A DNA stretch of 64,000 nucleotides, from contig OZ242180.1 in assembly GCA_965205485.1 (NCBI GenBank), forward strand, positions 3,456,001 through 3,520,000, read 5' to 3'. The notes below the pieces were generated by a model, which was not told the DNA's origin, made no database searches, and saw only the letters and a program-made list of their open reading frames with translations. The position numbers and the translations under genes are program-made. Of the stretch, positions 61,237 to 64,000 are shown piece by piece (position 1 is the stretch's first letter; the number at the start of each line of letters is the position of its first letter). The stretch comes from Candidatus Latescibacterota bacterium. Its GTDB lineage: Bacteria > Latescibacterota > UBA2968 > GCA-2709665.

Positions 61237-62307
61237 ATGAAAGTCGGAAAGTTCATGATGCCGCTGCATCCGCCGCAAAAGAACCGCACGCAGACGTTCG
61301 AAGAGGATATCGAGTGCGTGTTGTGGGCCGAGGAACTCGGTTTCGCCGAGGCCTGGATCGGCCAGCACCACACCGCGATGTGGGAGCCGATTCCCGCCAA
61401 TGACGTGTTCATCGCCCACGTGCTGCCGCAGACTGAGCGAATCCGACTGGGCACGGGGGTCACCATCATGACCCAGCATCACCCGGCGAACGTGGCCGTG
61501 CGCCTTGCGTATCTCGATCACCTGTCCAGAGGGCGCATCAACGTCGGCTTCGGGCAGGGCGGCGTGCCTACCGACTGGCCGCTGTTCGATCTGCCTGACC
61601 CGCGCACCCAGGGGCTGATGAACCTGGAGGCGATGGACATCGTCTTGAAACTCTGGACCGAGGACGGGCCGTTCGAATTCAAGGGAGATTTCTGGAACGT
61701 CGCGCTGGCTGAGAAAGTCCCGGAACTGGGGTTGGGGGAGGTATTGAAGCCCTATCAGAAGCCCCATCCGCCGATCGCCATGAGCATCGTCAGGGAAGAA
61801 TCCATGGCGGCCACCACCGGCGGCAGGCGCGGGTTCCTGCCCATCAGCATCAATATGGCGCCCTCGCACAAGGTGAAGAGGCATTGGGAGATGTACTGTG
61901 AGGGGGCCACGGAAGGGGGGCGGCCCGATCCGGACCGGCGCGACTGGCGGATCTCTCGCAGCATCTGCGTGGGCGAGACCGATGCCGAGGCTCGCGAGCA
62001 TGCTCTCAACGGCGCATTCGCCGATTCTTTGATGTATCTTCGCGGCATGCTCGGAACAGCGAACATGCTGGACCTGCCGAAGATGGACCCTGGGATGTCC
62101 GACTCGGACCTCACGCGCGACTACTTCATCGATGAGATCGCCATCGTCGGCAGTCCCGACACCGTGACTCGAAAACTGCAGGAGCTGTACGACGTCACGG
62201 GCGGATTCGGCACGGTCCTGATGATCGGCCACGACTGGGACGACAAGGCGAAGATGAAGCGCTCGATGGAATTGATGGCGAAGGAAGTCATTCCACGTCT
62301 TCCATAG
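61237..62307 (+). CDS. LLM-class (luciferase-like) flavin-dependent oxidoreductase
   Basis: FMMPLHP, AEELGF..AWIGQHH, RIRLGTGV, PYQKPHPP, ELMAKEV.P. Confidence 0.92.
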   Translation: MKVGKFMMPLHPPQKNRTQTFEEDIECVLWAEELGFAEAWIGQHHTAMWEPIPANDVFIAHVLPQTERIRLGTGVTIMTQHHPANVAVRLAYLDHLSRGRINVGFGQGGVPTDWPLFDLPDPRTQGLMNLEAMDIVLKLWTEDGPFEFKGDFWNVALAEKVPELGLGEVLKPYQKPHPPIAMSIVREESMAATTGGRRGFLPISINMAPSHKVKRHWEMYCEGATEGGRPDPDRRDWRISRSICVGETDAEAREHALNGAFADSLMYLRGMLGTANMLDLPKMDPGMSDSDLTRDYFIDEIAIVGSPDTVTRKLQELYDVTGGFGTVLMIGHDWDDKAKMKRSMELMAKEVIPRLP

Positions 62308-62308
62308 G

Positions 62309-62680
62309 GACTTCTATCCGCTGAGGAACCGTTTTAACGGTCGCGCGGACATTCCCGTCTGCCCTTTTTGCCAGCCGTTTATTTCGCGTAATTCTGTGAC
62401 ATTCACAATCACTGGACGAGAACGGGATCTCTCCGTCCGGCCCATGAGAAGCGGGTAGACGCAAGACGGAAGAGGGGAGAGATTTCCTGCCTTGCAAGGT
62501 TTATTCTCGTGCCGGAGGCAAGGAGGAATAACATACCGGGCAAGTCCTTCTTCTACCTTCTCACGTCTACCGTCTCACCGCTTTTGGTCTACCCTCTACC
62601 CGCATTCAGGTTTTTGTGATCAATTCGAACGTTGTCTTTTTCGAATTGAGGTTAACCACACCCGTTTTTGGACAGTTGTG
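62309..62680. mobile_element. MITE family A, copy 5, with the heptamer-arm element nested at 62451-62603
   Basis: Right end CCCGTTTTTGGACAGTTGTG; degenerate left end GACTTCTATCC; flanks TCCATAGG / ACCACAGG (6/8). Confidence 0.55.
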
Positions 62681-62697
62681 ACCACAGGAGATATCCA

Positions 62698-64000
62698 ATG
62701 AGTAACGCACCCGCCCGGCGCGCCATTGTCGCAGGCATGGACGGCGCCAGCATGGAACTGGTGAAGAACATGGCCGACGCGGGCCATATGCCCAACGTGC
62801 GCGCTTTGATGGAGGCGGGCGTCTGGCGGCCCATGGTCGGCGTCTTTCCCACGCTCACGCCTCCGGGGTGGACGGCCCTGTCCACCGGATCGTGGCCGGG
62901 CACCCACGGGATCATGGACTTCAATATCCGCCACGTTGGGGAGCCCCTGGACCGCACCCTGTGGGGCATCGACACCTCCCTGTCACGTTCGGAGTACATC
63001 TGGAACGCCTTCGAGCGGGGCGGCCGAACGCCGATCCTGGTGAAGTGGGAGATGTCGTGGCCGCCAACGGTGCGCACTGGCGTGCAGGTTGAGGGCACGG
63101 GTCCCGGCGTTTCCAACCACCACCAGGTGGCGGGCTATCATTTGTTCGTCGCCGGCAAATGGGCGCCAAGGCGGCTCGAGGCGCAGCGCGACCCGGAAAC
63201 CCTGGACCCGAGCGCGCTGCAGGGGGTGCGCGAGTTCGATCCTGTGACGCTGTCGGACGCCGTGGGATGGTCAGGCGCGCCCGAATCGAAGCGACCGCCG
63301 AAGGAGGCGGTCCTCACCATCCTGTCGCTGGCGAGGGGCCGGGAGGGCATGAAGCGGGGTCGGGAGGGCGCCCCCGTACCACTCCACGCGCTGATTTACG
63401 CCGCCGGCGCCGGCGGCTACGACCGGGTGCGTCTCTGCCGGTCGAAGGACGCGTCAAAGCCGCTGGCCGACCTGGGGGTAGGGGAGTGGAGCGAGTGGTG
63501 GCTGGACAACTTCGAGATCGACGGCGGGCAGGTGCGCGGGTACGTCCGTGCCAAGCTGATCACGCTGACGCCCGAGGCCGACGCCTTCGAGCTCTTCATC
63601 CCCCAGATCTGGCCGCCCGACGGGTACACGAAGCCGGCCTCCGTGGCCAACGAGATCGACCGGAACGTGGGCAACTTTCTTCAGAATCCGGCCCGCGACG
63701 CCCTCGGCCTGATCGACGACGATACGTATTTCGAGCTGCTGGAGTTCCACCACCAGCGCCTGGCGGACGTGGCGGAATATCTCGCCGGCTCACGGGACTG
63801 GGACCTGCTGATGACGGAGACCCACGCCTCGGACTACACCAGCCACTTCTTCCTGCGCGCCGCCGATCCCCACTCCGGGGCGCCTCCGGAGGTGCAGCGT
63901 CGCTGCCGCGAAGGCGTGGAGCGCACCTACGCCTCCATCGACCGCTGGATCGGACGCCTGCGAGAGCTCTCCGGGGACGATACCGCCTTCTTTCTGGTCT
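62698..64000 (+). CDS. Alkaline phosphatase-superfamily (nucleotide pyrophosphatase/phosphodiesterase) protein, runs off the window
   Basis: GMDGA, PTLTPPGWTALSTG..PGTHGI; RBS AGGAG; open to the window end. Confidence 0.85.
   Translation, partial: MSNAPARRAIVAGMDGASMELVKNMADAGHMPNVRALMEAGVWRPMVGVFPTLTPPGWTALSTGSWPGTHGIMDFNIRHVGEPLDRTLWGIDTSLSRSEYIWNAFERGGRTPILVKWEMSWPPTVRTGVQVEGTGPGVSNHHQVAGYHLFVAGKWAPRRLEAQRDPETLDPSALQGVREFDPVTLSDAVGWSGAPESKRPPKEAVLTILSLARGREGMKRGREGAPVPLHALIYAAGAGGYDRVRLCRSKDASKPLADLGVGEWSEWWLDNFEIDGGQVRGYVRAKLITLTPEADAFELFIPQIWPPDGYTKPASVANEIDRNVGNFLQNPARDALGLIDDDTYFELLEFHHQRLADVAEYLAGSRDWDLLMTETHASDYTSHFFLRAADPHSGAPPEVQRRCREGVERTYASIDRWIGRLRELSGDDTAFFLV

Overview
Bacterial accessory region with no rRNA, tRNA, CRISPR array, integrase or intact transposase visible. 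From 1 to 44,754 lie about 50 mostly single-domain, unrelated genes on the + strand and one on the - strand: 6 SAM methyltransferases, 8 GNATs, 5 VOC/glyoxalases, 3 nucleotidyltransferases, 2 APH-like kinases, 2 GFA proteins, HAD, NUDIX and toxin-antitoxin pairs. A further 15 + strand genes follow from 50,801. The content resembles integron cassettes, but I found no attC sites. The spacers are packed with REP-like palindromes and several MITE families, one of which has 5 copies with TIRs and 8-9 bp target duplications. Many genes carry single frameshifts. The most striking locus is on the - strand at 44,850-50,553. It holds two paralogous modules, each made of a His-rich CxxC...RAPP upstream ORF (DUF2946/CruR-CutF-like arrest peptide), a conserved ~230-nt structured leader of unrecognised type, and a metal-uptake gene (a His-rich repeat lipoprotein or a ZnuD-like TonB-dependent receptor). 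A second lead is a filled/empty site pair (22,103-22,946 vs 19,104-19,159) beside a GTAG-type REP. Several other genes are bracketed by short direct repeats overlapping their stop codon, which hints at ORF-level capture or excision. Product calls rest on motif recognition by eye; no database searches were run.
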